This document shows positions 1 through 8,226 of a stretch of DNA of 64,000 bases, in pieces. A program made the translations under genes and the position numbers. The number at the start of each line of letters is the position of its first letter. The first letter of the stretch is position 1. Source of the stretch: Acidimicrobiaceae bacterium. Lineage in GTDB: Bacteria; Actinomycetota; Acidimicrobiia; Acidimicrobiales; RAAP-2. The stretch is from assembly GCA_003142095.1 (NCBI GenBank), contig PLON01000041.1:73228-137227 (forward strand). The letters run 5' to 3'. Below the pieces are notes generated by a model, which saw only the letters and a program-made list of their open reading frames with translations, searched no databases and was not told the DNA's origin.

Positions 1-1
1 C

Positions 2-517
2 CCCTACTCCCTCTCAGCGCTTCCCCGCCCACCGTACCTGCGAGTGACCATCAAGGGACTGGGCGATCAGAGTCGCGCGGTTGCTCGCCTGAAGCCGGGG
101 ACTCGTGTCATCGTCGAAGGTCCTTACGGGACGTTCACTCGCCACCGGCTGAAGGCAGGTCGCGTGGTGCTGATCGGTGCCGGCGTCGGTGTGACGCCCC
201 TTCGGGCACTGCTCGAAGATCTCCCTTCGTCGACTGCGGTGACCGTGGTCGTTCGAGCGCGAAGCTCCGCGCACGTCGTCCACGGTCGCGAGCTCGCGGA
301 ACTCGTCGCCCGTCGCGACGGCCACTATTACGAGCTGTGCGGGACGCGCGATGAAGTGCAACTCGACGAACGAACGATGCGCGGCCTCGTCGGAAACCTG
401 CACGACGCCGACGTCTACGTCTGTGGCCCCGGTGACTTCACTGACGCCGTGGTCGCCACGGCACGGCGCCTCGGAGCGCGCGCTGATCGCCTTCACTTTG
501 AGACGTTCTCGTTCTAG
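2..517 (+). CDS. Ferredoxin-NADP reductase (FNR)-like oxidoreductase, C-terminal FAD/NAD-binding part; 5' end lies outside the window, probably a ferric-reductase-like membrane protein
   Basis: Frame is open from base 2 (PYSLSALP...). Motifs: PYSLS (FAD-binding), VEGPYGTF, LIGAGVGVTP (NAD-binding), YVCGP, and C-terminal FETFSF. Confidence 0.8.
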   Translation, partial: PYSLSALPRPPYLRVTIKGLGDQSRAVARLKPGTRVIVEGPYGTFTRHRLKAGRVVLIGAGVGVTPLRALLEDLPSSTAVTVVVRARSSAHVVHGRELAELVARRDGHYYELCGTRDEVQLDERTMRGLVGNLHDADVYVCGPGDFTDAVVATARRLGARADRLHFETFSF

Positions 518-563
518 TCATGGTCGAGCGCCGCCACGAACTCGAACCCGTAAGGAGTTCACG

Positions 564-1148
564 ATGAAAAGATCCGCCCTGATACTCACGGGCACGGTAG
601 TCGGACTCGTCGGCCTCTTGGGCTATCGGGCCATGTCACCATCACTGCCAACGTTCGTGGCGACACCGACCTCATCGTCTAGTTCGTCGACGACAGCTCC
701 GCGTGCTACGACCACGACGACAGCAGCTCCTCCACCGAAGAACTCCACCACGACGACTACGCCCGCGAGGGGGTCGACATCGCCGCAAGTCCCACCGACG
801 ACGACGCCCCCACCGACAACGACACGTCCGCCCGCGACCACCACGACCATGGCTCCGGCTCCGGCCGCGTCGCGCAGCGCCACCGGTGCATCGGTGAACT
901 ATATCTACGGGGTGCTCTCGGTGGAAGTGACGGCGTCCGGCTCAAAGATCTCAAAGGTGAAGATTGGTTCAATCAACGACGGTGGAAACTATCGATCTGA
1001 ATCGATCGACCAAATGGCCATTCCCCAACTCGAACAGCAGGCCCTCTCCGTTCAAAGTGCCAACATCCAAGGCGTCTCGGGGGCTAGCTACACCTCCGCT
1101 GGCTTTCGACAGTCGTTGCAGTCGGCGTTATCGAAGTTGGGACTGTGA
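564..1148 (+). CDS. Exported FMN-binding (flavinylated) domain protein with N-terminal membrane anchor and Thr/Pro/Ser-rich linker
   Basis: ATG at 564 follows RBS AAGGAG (552-557). Hydrophobic N-terminus, long T/P/S linker, and a C-terminal domain with the flavinylation motif (IQGVSGASYTS, SGA[S/T]). Adjacent to apbE. Confidence 0.85.
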   Translation: MKRSALILTGTVVGLVGLLGYRAMSPSLPTFVATPTSSSSSSTTAPRATTTTTAAPPPKNSTTTTTPARGSTSPQVPPTTTPPPTTTRPPATTTTMAPAPAASRSATGASVNYIYGVLSVEVTASGSKISKVKIGSINDGGNYRSESIDQMAIPQLEQQALSVQSANIQGVSGASYTSAGFRQSLQSALSKLGL

Positions 1149-1954
1149 GCACGGTGGCGCGCTCTAGCGCTGCACGTCTTCACCTCCATCGTGAGATCGA
1201 CGTCATGGGCACCGTCGTCACCATTGATCTCTATGGCGAGGGGCAACTTGACGAGCGGGAGCTCGTTCGAAGCGTTGATGCGGCCGCGAGCGTATTACAC
1301 GACGCCGACGAGGTCTTTAGTACGTGGAAGCCGCAGAGCCCGCTGTCACGACTCCGTCGCGGCGAGCTCTCGATGAGCGAAGTTCCTGCCATGATCCTTG
1401 ACGTTTTAGAAGAGTGCCGTACCGCGCGGCGCTTATCACGAGGTTGGTTCGATCCGTGGTCGATGCCGGGCGGTATTGATCCCACCGGGCTCGTGAAAGG
1501 TTGGGCCGCCCAGCGTGCACTCGACCCTCTGCGAGAACAAGGTCTGAGCGGTGCTCTCGTCAACGCCGCGGGCGACATCGCTAGCTTCGGCGGGCCCGCG
1601 CACGGCGAGCCATTTCGCCTTGGCGTGGTGACGCCCGCCGACCCCAATCGGCTCGCGTGCATCGTTGAGTCACCGGGTGCCGTCGCGACGTCAGGAACAT
1701 ACGAGCGCGGTGACCACCTGGTTAATCCCTTTACGGGAGTTGCCACCGCAACCGCGTCGGCGACGGTGACGGGACCCGAGCTCGGGCTGGCTGACGCACT
1801 GGCAACCGCCCTTGCAGTTGCCGGCCCTCCGGGACTTGAGTTTGTGAAGGCGATCAAGGGCTACGAGGGTCTCGTCGTCGAAACCTCGGAGAGGTTCCAT
1901 GCGAGCGACGGTTTCCCGATGATGGAGTGTTTCCTTAAACGACCACGGTCATGA
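1145..1954 (+). CDS. apbE: FAD:protein FMN transferase (ApbE family)
   Basis: Motifs VMGT, DPTGLVKGWAA, VNAAGDI, VATSGTYERG, ADALATAL. GTGA overlap with the upstream stop. Confidence 0.88.
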   Translation: MSTVARSSAARLHLHREIDVMGTVVTIDLYGEGQLDERELVRSVDAAASVLHDADEVFSTWKPQSPLSRLRRGELSMSEVPAMILDVLEECRTARRLSRGWFDPWSMPGGIDPTGLVKGWAAQRALDPLREQGLSGALVNAAGDIASFGGPAHGEPFRLGVVTPADPNRLACIVESPGAVATSGTYERGDHLVNPFTGVATATASATVTGPELGLADALATALAVAGPPGLEFVKAIKGYEGLVVETSERFHASDGFPMMECFLKRPRS

Positions 1955-2859
1955 CGACAACTCAAACGTCAACGAAAGGCGTGCTTCGTTCGCTGCTCTC
2001 GGCGATGCGCCCATTGCAGTGGGTAAAGAATTGCGTCATCGTGGTCGCGCCGGCGGCGGCGGGCACCCTCACACACTCCGCGGTTCTGGGCCAGACGGTG
2101 ATCGCGTTCGTCGCCTTCTGCTTGGTCTCCTCGGGTGTCTACCTACTGAACGACATCCGCGACCGTGAAGCCGATCGTTGTCATCCGACGAAGCGGTTTC
2201 GAGTGATCGCGTCGGGACATCTGTCAAAGAGGACCGCCCTAGGGGCAGCGCTCGCGCTCCTCGTGCTGGGATTCCTCGTTGCGCAGGTGATAAGCCACCC
2301 CGGTGAACTCCTCATCGTGCTGGCACTTTACGTTGTCATCACACTGGCGTATATCTTCTGGATCAAGAACGTCGCCATCGTCGAACTCGGTGCTGTAGCG
2401 AGTGGTTTTTTTCTTCGGGCCTACGCGGGCGCCGCCGCCTCGCACATTCCGGTCTCGACCTGGTTTCTCGTCGTCATCTCTTTCGGCGCGCTCTTTCTGG
2501 TAGTGGGAAAACGGTCGAGCGAGCTGAAATCTGGCGGCGGTATGGCAACGCGCCGAGTGCTCGCCGAATATAGCGCCAAGTTCCTGGAGTCCGTTCTGAC
2601 CATGTGTGCGACCATCGTGGTCGCCGGGTACTGCCTTTGGGCCTTCGACGCGTCCTCGACTGGTCTGTCGGCGAATCATGACGCCACCCTGCCCGTCCGC
2701 CTGAGCGTCGTGCCAGTCGTCTTCGCGATGCTCTTCATCATGCGCTCCGCCGATGCCGGTCAGGGCGCTGCGCCCGAGGAGCTGCTGTTGCACAACCGCA
2801 CTGTCCAAGTTCTGCTCGCAATTTGGGTCGTACTCATGATCTTCAGCGTGTACGAATGA
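1951..2859 (+). CDS. Decaprenyl-phosphate phosphoribosyltransferase (UbiA prenyltransferase family, Rv3806c-like)
   Basis: MRPLQWVKN, YLLNDIRDREADRCHPTKRFR, GKRSSEL, PEELLLHNR; multiple TM helices; directly upstream of dprE1/dprE2 homologs. Confidence 0.88.
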   Translation: MTTTQTSTKGVLRSLLSAMRPLQWVKNCVIVVAPAAAGTLTHSAVLGQTVIAFVAFCLVSSGVYLLNDIRDREADRCHPTKRFRVIASGHLSKRTALGAALALLVLGFLVAQVISHPGELLIVLALYVVITLAYIFWIKNVAIVELGAVASGFFLRAYAGAAASHIPVSTWFLVVISFGALFLVVGKRSSELKSGGGMATRRVLAEYSAKFLESVLTMCATIVVAGYCLWAFDASSTGLSANHDATLPVRLSVVPVVFAMLFIMRSADAGQGAAPEELLLHNRTVQVLLAIWVVLMIFSVYE

Positions 2860-4184
2860 GCGAAGTACTCGTGGGTTGGGGCGGGCGAACACCCTCGGTG
2901 TCAACGGTGCGAGTACCGCGCAGCGAAGAGGACGTCGCGCGTGAACTTTCGACGGGCGAAGCGATGATTGCGCGCGGGTTGGGGCGAAGTTACGGCGACG
3001 CCGCGCAGTTGAGCGGCGGCGTGGTCCTCGCGAATCGCGGCCTTTCGCATATCGGACCAATTGTCGACGGCGTCGTGACGGTGGGCGCGGGTGTATCCCT
3101 CGACGAACTTCTTGCGATTGCGCTACCTCAGGGATGGTTTGTTCCGGTCACACCGGGCACGCGCCAGGTCACGATCGGTGGGGCGGTGGCGGCCGACGTA
3201 CACGGGAAGAATCACCACCTTGACGGATCGTTCGCGAATTACGTTCGGTCCATGCGCTTAATTACGCCTGAAGCGACGTTGCTCGTGTCGCCCCACGAAG
3301 AGCCGGAACTTTTTTGGGCGACGATGGGCGCGATGGGACTGACGGGCGTCGTCACCTCAGTCGAACTTAACTTGTCACGAGTTGAGACCAACCAGATGAT
3401 CGTCGATACTGATCGGTTCGACGATCTTGCGAGCGTAATGAACGAGATGCGTCTGCGTGACGTCAATTACCAGTACTCGGTGGCCTGGGTGGACTGCATG
3501 AGCGCGGGAAAGACGATGGGAAGATCGATCTTGACGAGAGCTCGACACGCGAGCGCTAACGATGTCAAACACCCTCGTCTCGATCCGCCAGGTCCCGCGA
3601 GGTTATCGATCCCCGTTCGCGCGCCCTCATTCGTCTTGAATGCGTGGTCGGTTCGGGTCTTCAACGAACTCTGGTATCGACGCACGCCGCGACACGAGGA
3701 GGGATCGATAGTGCCACTCGGCACGTTCTTTCATCCGTTGGACGGAGTTCGCGACTGGAATCTTCTCTACGGTAGACGCGGATTCGTGCAGTATCAATTC
3801 TGTGTGCCCGAGGAGAACGCGGACGCAATCTCTGAAGTTATCGAGCTCCTCGCTCGGTCGAAGGTGGCAAGCTTTCTCGCGGTGTTGAAGCGATTCGGTC
3901 CTGGCAATCGCGCACCTCTGTCATTTCCGCTCGCGGGATGGACGTTGGCTCTTGATCTTCCCGTTGGTTCGGCGAAGCTTCCTGACCTTCTCGACGAACT
4001 CGACAGAATCGTCATCACAGCGAACGGACGGGTCTACCTCGCCAAGGACTCTCGACTGCGACCTGAGTACGTTTCTCTGATGTACCCTCGGCTCGAAGAG
4101 TTTCTCCGCGTGAAGTCTCGCGTCGACCCGCACGGTCAGCTCACGAGCGACCTGGCGCGACGCCTTCAACTCGTGGGTGGGTAG
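2856..4184 (+). CDS. dprE1: FAD-binding oxidoreductase, DprE1-like decaprenylphosphoryl-ribose 2'-oxidase
   Basis: ARGLGRSYGDAA, PVTPGTRQVTIGGAVAADVHGKNHH, YQFCVP, LAVLKRFG, GWTLALD, GRVYLAKDSR. ATG at 2856 overlaps the upstream stop (ATGA). Confidence 0.88.
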   Translation: MSEVLVGWGGRTPSVSTVRVPRSEEDVARELSTGEAMIARGLGRSYGDAAQLSGGVVLANRGLSHIGPIVDGVVTVGAGVSLDELLAIALPQGWFVPVTPGTRQVTIGGAVAADVHGKNHHLDGSFANYVRSMRLITPEATLLVSPHEEPELFWATMGAMGLTGVVTSVELNLSRVETNQMIVDTDRFDDLASVMNEMRLRDVNYQYSVAWVDCMSAGKTMGRSILTRARHASANDVKHPRLDPPGPARLSIPVRAPSFVLNAWSVRVFNELWYRRTPRHEEGSIVPLGTFFHPLDGVRDWNLLYGRRGFVQYQFCVPEENADAISEVIELLARSKVASFLAVLKRFGPGNRAPLSFPLAGWTLALDLPVGSAKLPDLLDELDRIVITANGRVYLAKDSRLRPEYVSLMYPRLEEFLRVKSRVDPHGQLTSDLARRLQLVGG

Positions 4185-4186
4185 CC

Positions 4187-4957
4187 GTGGAAAACGCCTT
4201 CGGGCAACCCCAGAACGTGGTGGTGCTGGGCGGCAGTTCGGACATCGCCAGAGCGATCACGAAGAGACTCTGCGCGGCGCGAACGCGTACCGTCATCCTC
4301 GCCGGTCGCAATGCGACACTTCTGGGTGAGGCTGCCGACGAGGCCCAGGAGTACGGAGCGGCGAGAGTCGGTACCGTCCTCTTCGACGCCGAAGAGCCTC
4401 AACACGCCGCCGCCACGGTTCGAGAAGCGTTCGAAAAGATGGGCGATCACGTCGACCTGGTCGTCATCGCGGTGGGTCTTCTCGGCGCGCAGTCGAGCGA
4501 TGAAGACGCCGCTGACGCTGTGGCCCGACTCATCACCATAAATTTTACGTGGCCGGCTGCCGCACTCGCGGAGATTCGCCGTCGCCTTGTTACGCAAGGT
4601 TCGGGTCGCATTCTCGTGATCTCCTCGATTGCTGCGGTTCGAACTCGCCGCAGTGCGTACCTCTACGCAAGCGCCAAGGCGGGGCTTGATCGCATGTGTG
4701 TTGGCCTCGCCCAGTCTCTCGAAGCTACGGGTGTCACGATGCAGATTCTGCGGCCGGGCGTCGTACGGACAAAGATGAGCCGGGGTCTCGCGGAGCCACC
4801 TTTCACCACGAGCGCGAACGAAGTTGCTGAGAACGTGATGCGCGCGCTTGCAACGGACAACGTCGTGATCTGGAGCCCGCCGATCCTTCGTTACGTGGCT
4901 TTTCTCATTCGACACCTTCCTACGGCGCTCTGGCGTCGAGTCGCAGATCGAGAGTAG
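4187..4957 (+). CDS. dprE2: SDR-family DprE2-like decaprenylphospho-keto-pentose reductase
   Basis: [10 protein letters not shown] (DprE2-type Rossmann motif), YASAKAGLD (YxxxK), [10 protein letters not shown]; follows dprE1. Confidence 0.8.
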   Translation: MENAFGQPQNVVVLGGSSDIARAITKRLCAARTRTVILAGRNATLLGEAADEAQEYGAARVGTVLFDAEEPQHAAATVREAFEKMGDHVDLVVIAVGLLGAQSSDEDAADAVARLITINFTWPAAALAEIRRRLVTQGSGRILVISSIAAVRTRRSAYLYASAKAGLDRMCVGLAQSLEATGVTMQILRPGVVRTKMSRGLAEPPFTTSANEVAENVMRALATDNVVIWSPPILRYVAFLIRHLPTALWRRVADRE

Positions 4958-5094
4958 TGGGGTGCAGCAGCCTGACGTCACGGCATGTCTTCGTACTCGC
5001 GGCGCTCGCGGGCGTGGCCAAATTCCCCGTGCGAATCAAATGCGCGACCCTCGCATGGAATACGCTCACCCAAGGCTTGCAGGAGATCGCCTAA
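4957..5094 (+). pseudogene. Remnant of a SufU/IscU-type Fe-S scaffold gene (C-terminal ~32 aa only)
   Basis: 4999-5094 translates as [31 protein letters not shown], which contains the SufU C-terminal signature FPxRIKCAxLAW. The open frame is only 45 codons (GTG at 4957). It is absent from the ORF track. Confidence 0.7.
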
Positions 5095-5101
5095 TTCCTC
5101 A

Positions 5102-6241
5102 TTAACGGACCACCGCAATGCTGAGAGGAAATGCGGTGTCACCGATCAGAATGGGCTTACGCGCTCGACCAGTTTTCAGGTTGATCGTGCTCACTTGGCC
5201 AGAGTAGGTGTCCACCACTTCTGCGAGATGAGATGTCGGCACGACGGTAATCGCGAGTGGGTACGAATACTCTCCGGTGCTGATCGCTTTGCCGGGCCTA
5301 TTGTTTGCTGTTTTAATTGGTGTCACGGTGCCAGAGACTGAATTCACCGCGTATACCGTGGCGCCATCAGGTGAGACCGCTATTGCAACCGGCGAGGAGC
5401 CCACTTTTACCGACTTCTTGGCCTGTCCCGTCGCGACATTGATCGGCGTCACGGTGTCTGAGTCTCCGTTCGACACGTAGGCGGTGCCACCGTTGGGCGT
5501 AAAGGCAATGGCGTTCGGTGCCTGTCCAACGCGGATCGGCTTGCCCGCAGCGTTGGACTGAGTGTTAATTGGTGTCACCGTGTTCGATCCGAAGTTCGCC
5601 ACGTAGAGCGATTTGCCATCGGGACTCATCGCCATCGCCTCGGGATAAGAGCCCACGGGAATTGGCGTGCCCGCCCGCAGCGTGGTGACGTCGATGGGGG
5701 TGATCTCGTTGGAGCTCCAGTCGAGGACGTAGGCGCTGTGACCATTGGGACTCACGAGAATCCCTTGCGGGTGACCACCTACGGTGATGGTTGCGACCAC
5801 ACGGTCAGTAGCGAGCGCGACCACGCTAACGGAATTCGCGTTGGCATCAGCCACGAAGAGTGTCTTTCCATCCGGCGTTACCGCCAGCGCTTGAGGTCCC
5901 GCGCCCACTCGAATCGCGGTTTCGGCCCGGTTGGTCCGGACGTTGATGGGCGTCACCGTCGACGAGCCCGCGTTGGCGACGTACAGCGTCTCACTATTGG
6001 TCGAGAGGACGAGCGCCTGGGGATCTTGGCCCACCCGAATTGCTTTTGACGCGTCATTGGCGGACACGTCGATTGGAGTGACCGTGTTGATGGCCGAATT
6101 GACTACGTAGGCGATGACAGGACGTGAATTCTCCGTGGCGCCCGCGAAAATGACACCATACGCGTTGGTCAGAGTTACGATCGCGGCGACTATCACGGCA
6201 ACCGCCGTGCCACGTTGAAGTCGTCCGCGCAGCGACGTCAC
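5102..6241 (-). CDS. Secreted YVTN/YncE-type beta-propeller repeat protein
   Basis: Signal-peptide-like N-terminus followed by about 8 repeats of the type YVxN..SNTVTPID/N...I.VG..P.A.A.SPDG. Confidence 0.88.
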   Translation of the reverse strand: MTSLRGRLQRGTAVAVIVAAIVTLTNAYGVIFAGATENSRPVIAYVVNSAINTVTPIDVSANDASKAIRVGQDPQALVLSTNSETLYVANAGSSTVTPINVRTNRAETAIRVGAGPQALAVTPDGKTLFVADANANSVSVVALATDRVVATITVGGHPQGILVSPNGHSAYVLDWSSNEITPIDVTTLRAGTPIPVGSYPEAMAMSPDGKSLYVANFGSNTVTPINTQSNAAGKPIRVGQAPNAIAFTPNGGTAYVSNGDSDTVTPINVATGQAKKSVKVGSSPVAIAVSPDGATVYAVNSVSGTVTPIKTANNRPGKAISTGEYSYPLAITVVPTSHLAEVVDTYSGQVSTINLKTGRARKPILIGDTAFPLSIAVVR

Positions 6242-7917
6242 TGCTGACCTCCAAAGACGTCATTCAGTGGCGTCGCATACTCGTCGTTCTTCGTGAGGGC
6301 CCCGAGTCCGAGCGCGGCTTCGGTCGTTCGCAGCAAGCTGTAGTGCGTGTAGCGAACCGTGGACACGAATCCCCTCTTCACGTACTGCGAGCCGATGACG
6401 ATGGTCGGAATCCGTTGGGCAGGATGCTGATGGTCCTGACCGTCCTCGTCCCACGTGATGATGAGCAGCGAGGGCTGGGTCTTCCAGGCTGGCGAATCAA
6501 AGAGTTCAGTGGCGACGGTGCGAAGGAATGAGTCACCTGCCTTGATGCCACAACCCTCCATGTCATCGCAGTCGTTCGCGCCGATCCACGCAAAATTGGG
6601 AGTTGTCGAAGCCTTCTTGAGGTCACCCGTGTACTGGTCGAGCGGTACAACGTGCGCGTCGCAGTAACCCGGGCGATCACGTACGTCCTTGAAATACATC
6701 ATCGGAAGATCATCATCCCAGTAGTAGTCGTGCACGGTGTTGTCACAGGGCCCGTCCGCACTCTGCAAGTACACCTTCCAACTCTCGTGCACGCTTTCAA
6801 CGAGGTCACCGATATTTCGCGCGTCAATCGTGTACTGGGAGTTCTCTTCTGCCGGATCGTCCGGCGGAGCGTCGAACTCACTCCCTCCGGCGAAGGAGAG
6901 GTAGTTACCGTCACTCGGGTGCTCTTCGGCGAAGGTGTTGGCGAGCAGAGTTGATTTTGGCAGGAGGCTATTGATAAACGGAGCGTCTCTCGTATTGCCG
7001 ATGATCGATTTGTAGTCCTGATTCTCCAAGTAAATGAGAACGACGTGGTCGAAGTGAGGGACCTTCGCCGCTGGGGGCCGAAGTGCAGACGGAGCTTGCA
7101 ACGAAACAGAAAGGCTCAGCGAGACGTCGTCGGCGTAGGCGTAATTAAAGCCCACGGTGCTGCCGTTTGGACCGTTGTAGTCCTTCACCGTCGTCTTCAA
7201 CCGCAGCTCGACGAGGGCGCTGGTCGCACTGGCGGGCACCGATCCCTTCGTAGAGACGTCCATGAGTTCGGTGGTGTTCGAGCGATCGCGCGCCGTCACG
7301 GGTGAGAGCGAAGCGGCCGCGAGCACCTTGTCATCACCGTTTTCGAAAATCACTTCCACCGAGGAATCGTCGCTTTGATGCCCTCGTCCGCCTAACGCAG
7401 CCGAGAGTTTGAACGTTGCGTCGGTAAGAGCAGTTCCCGCCACGGGGTCCAGGGCCACGCGCTGAGAGAGTTCGGCGGGGCCTCCGGCGCCGCCCACGAA
7501 TAGTTGACGTCCGCTCGAGGGCGGGCGATGGCTTCCTGATGCGATGAAGCCCTTGGTGCCATAACCGATGACCGACGGCAGTCCGCTGGCGATCTTCCAG
7601 CCCGGAATCGTGACCGCGTCCCAACCCGTGTCCGTACGGTCCCCACTTTCGGCGCCACCGTTCTGCATCAGATTTGTTCCGGGCGTTGCCGTGAGACTTG
7701 ATGTCGTGGCGCCAAGTGCGCGAGACGTCCCGGCGAGCGGGAGTATCGCTCCTGAGAACGCCGTCACGACCGCCAGCATCAGCGTGAGACGCACAGGGTT
7801 CGAAACTGCCGGCGACGAAGAGTCACGCCGAAACTTTCTAGACGAGCTGGAGCTACGACATGCACGTGAGGATGTCGTGCGGCGGCATCGTGGAATGAGC
7901 ACGCTGGACGATAACAA
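6238..7917 (-). CDS. Secreted acid phosphatase / phosphoesterase (SapM-like, PF04185) with an extra N-terminal beta-rich domain; start uncertain (7779-7917)
   Basis: C-terminal half has DHVVLIYLENQDY, HPSDGNYL, NDCDDM, LIITWDEDG, YTHYSLLRTTE. A hydrophobic signal segment starts near 7779. Its stop overlaps the YVTN gene start. Confidence 0.82.
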   Translation of the reverse strand: MLSSSVLIPRCRRTTSSRACRSSSSSRKFRRDSSSPAVSNPVRLTLMLAVVTAFSGAILPLAGTSRALGATTSSLTATPGTNLMQNGGAESGDRTDTGWDAVTIPGWKIASGLPSVIGYGTKGFIASGSHRPPSSGRQLFVGGAGGPAELSQRVALDPVAGTALTDATFKLSAALGGRGHQSDDSSVEVIFENGDDKVLAAASLSPVTARDRSNTTELMDVSTKGSVPASATSALVELRLKTTVKDYNGPNGSTVGFNYAYADDVSLSLSVSLQAPSALRPPAAKVPHFDHVVLIYLENQDYKSIIGNTRDAPFINSLLPKSTLLANTFAEEHPSDGNYLSFAGGSEFDAPPDDPAEENSQYTIDARNIGDLVESVHESWKVYLQSADGPCDNTVHDYYWDDDLPMMYFKDVRDRPGYCDAHVVPLDQYTGDLKKASTTPNFAWIGANDCDDMEGCGIKAGDSFLRTVATELFDSPAWKTQPSLLIITWDEDGQDHQHPAQRIPTIVIGSQYVKRGFVSTVRYTHYSLLRTTEAALGLGALTKNDEYATPLNDVFGGQQ

Positions 7918-8226
7918 CCTGGAGTAAACGCAACTCGATCTTTTCGTGAGTTATTGGTGATGTGAACAGGAACTAATAGCCATAAAAGTGAGCCTTTCAC
8001 TTGGGCCCAATTTCAACAAACGAAAAGGTATCAAACCCAGCGCAGGTCATAATCTCACGTGGTCGTTTCATCCAAGTGACGACATAGACGTTGCAGTCAC
8101 ATCCATCGATTATGGGCATTACGTTCTCCAGACCCCCACGACACAGAATGTCCATCGCTTCGTCACTTCGCGTTTATCTCAACTCACTACTCTCTGAAAA
8201 AGCTGGTCCTTATCCAGGAGGTCGCC

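Noticed and set aside
4166-4981. 271-aa minus-strand ORF
   Set aside because: Shadow of dprE2.
4985-5341. 118-aa plus-strand ORF in the track
   Set aside because: Overlaps the YVTN gene antisense and lies in a different frame from the recognisable SufU remnant.
5102-6100. Periodic repeats that might suggest a CRISPR-like array
   Set aside because: They are degenerate coding repeats of the beta-propeller blades; there are no identical direct repeats with spacers and no cas genes.
7918-8226. Possible PhoP (GTTCAC) boxes in the phosphatase divergent promoter
   Set aside because: One GTTCAC on the minus strand, but no clear 11-bp-spaced direct repeat, so not supportable by eye.
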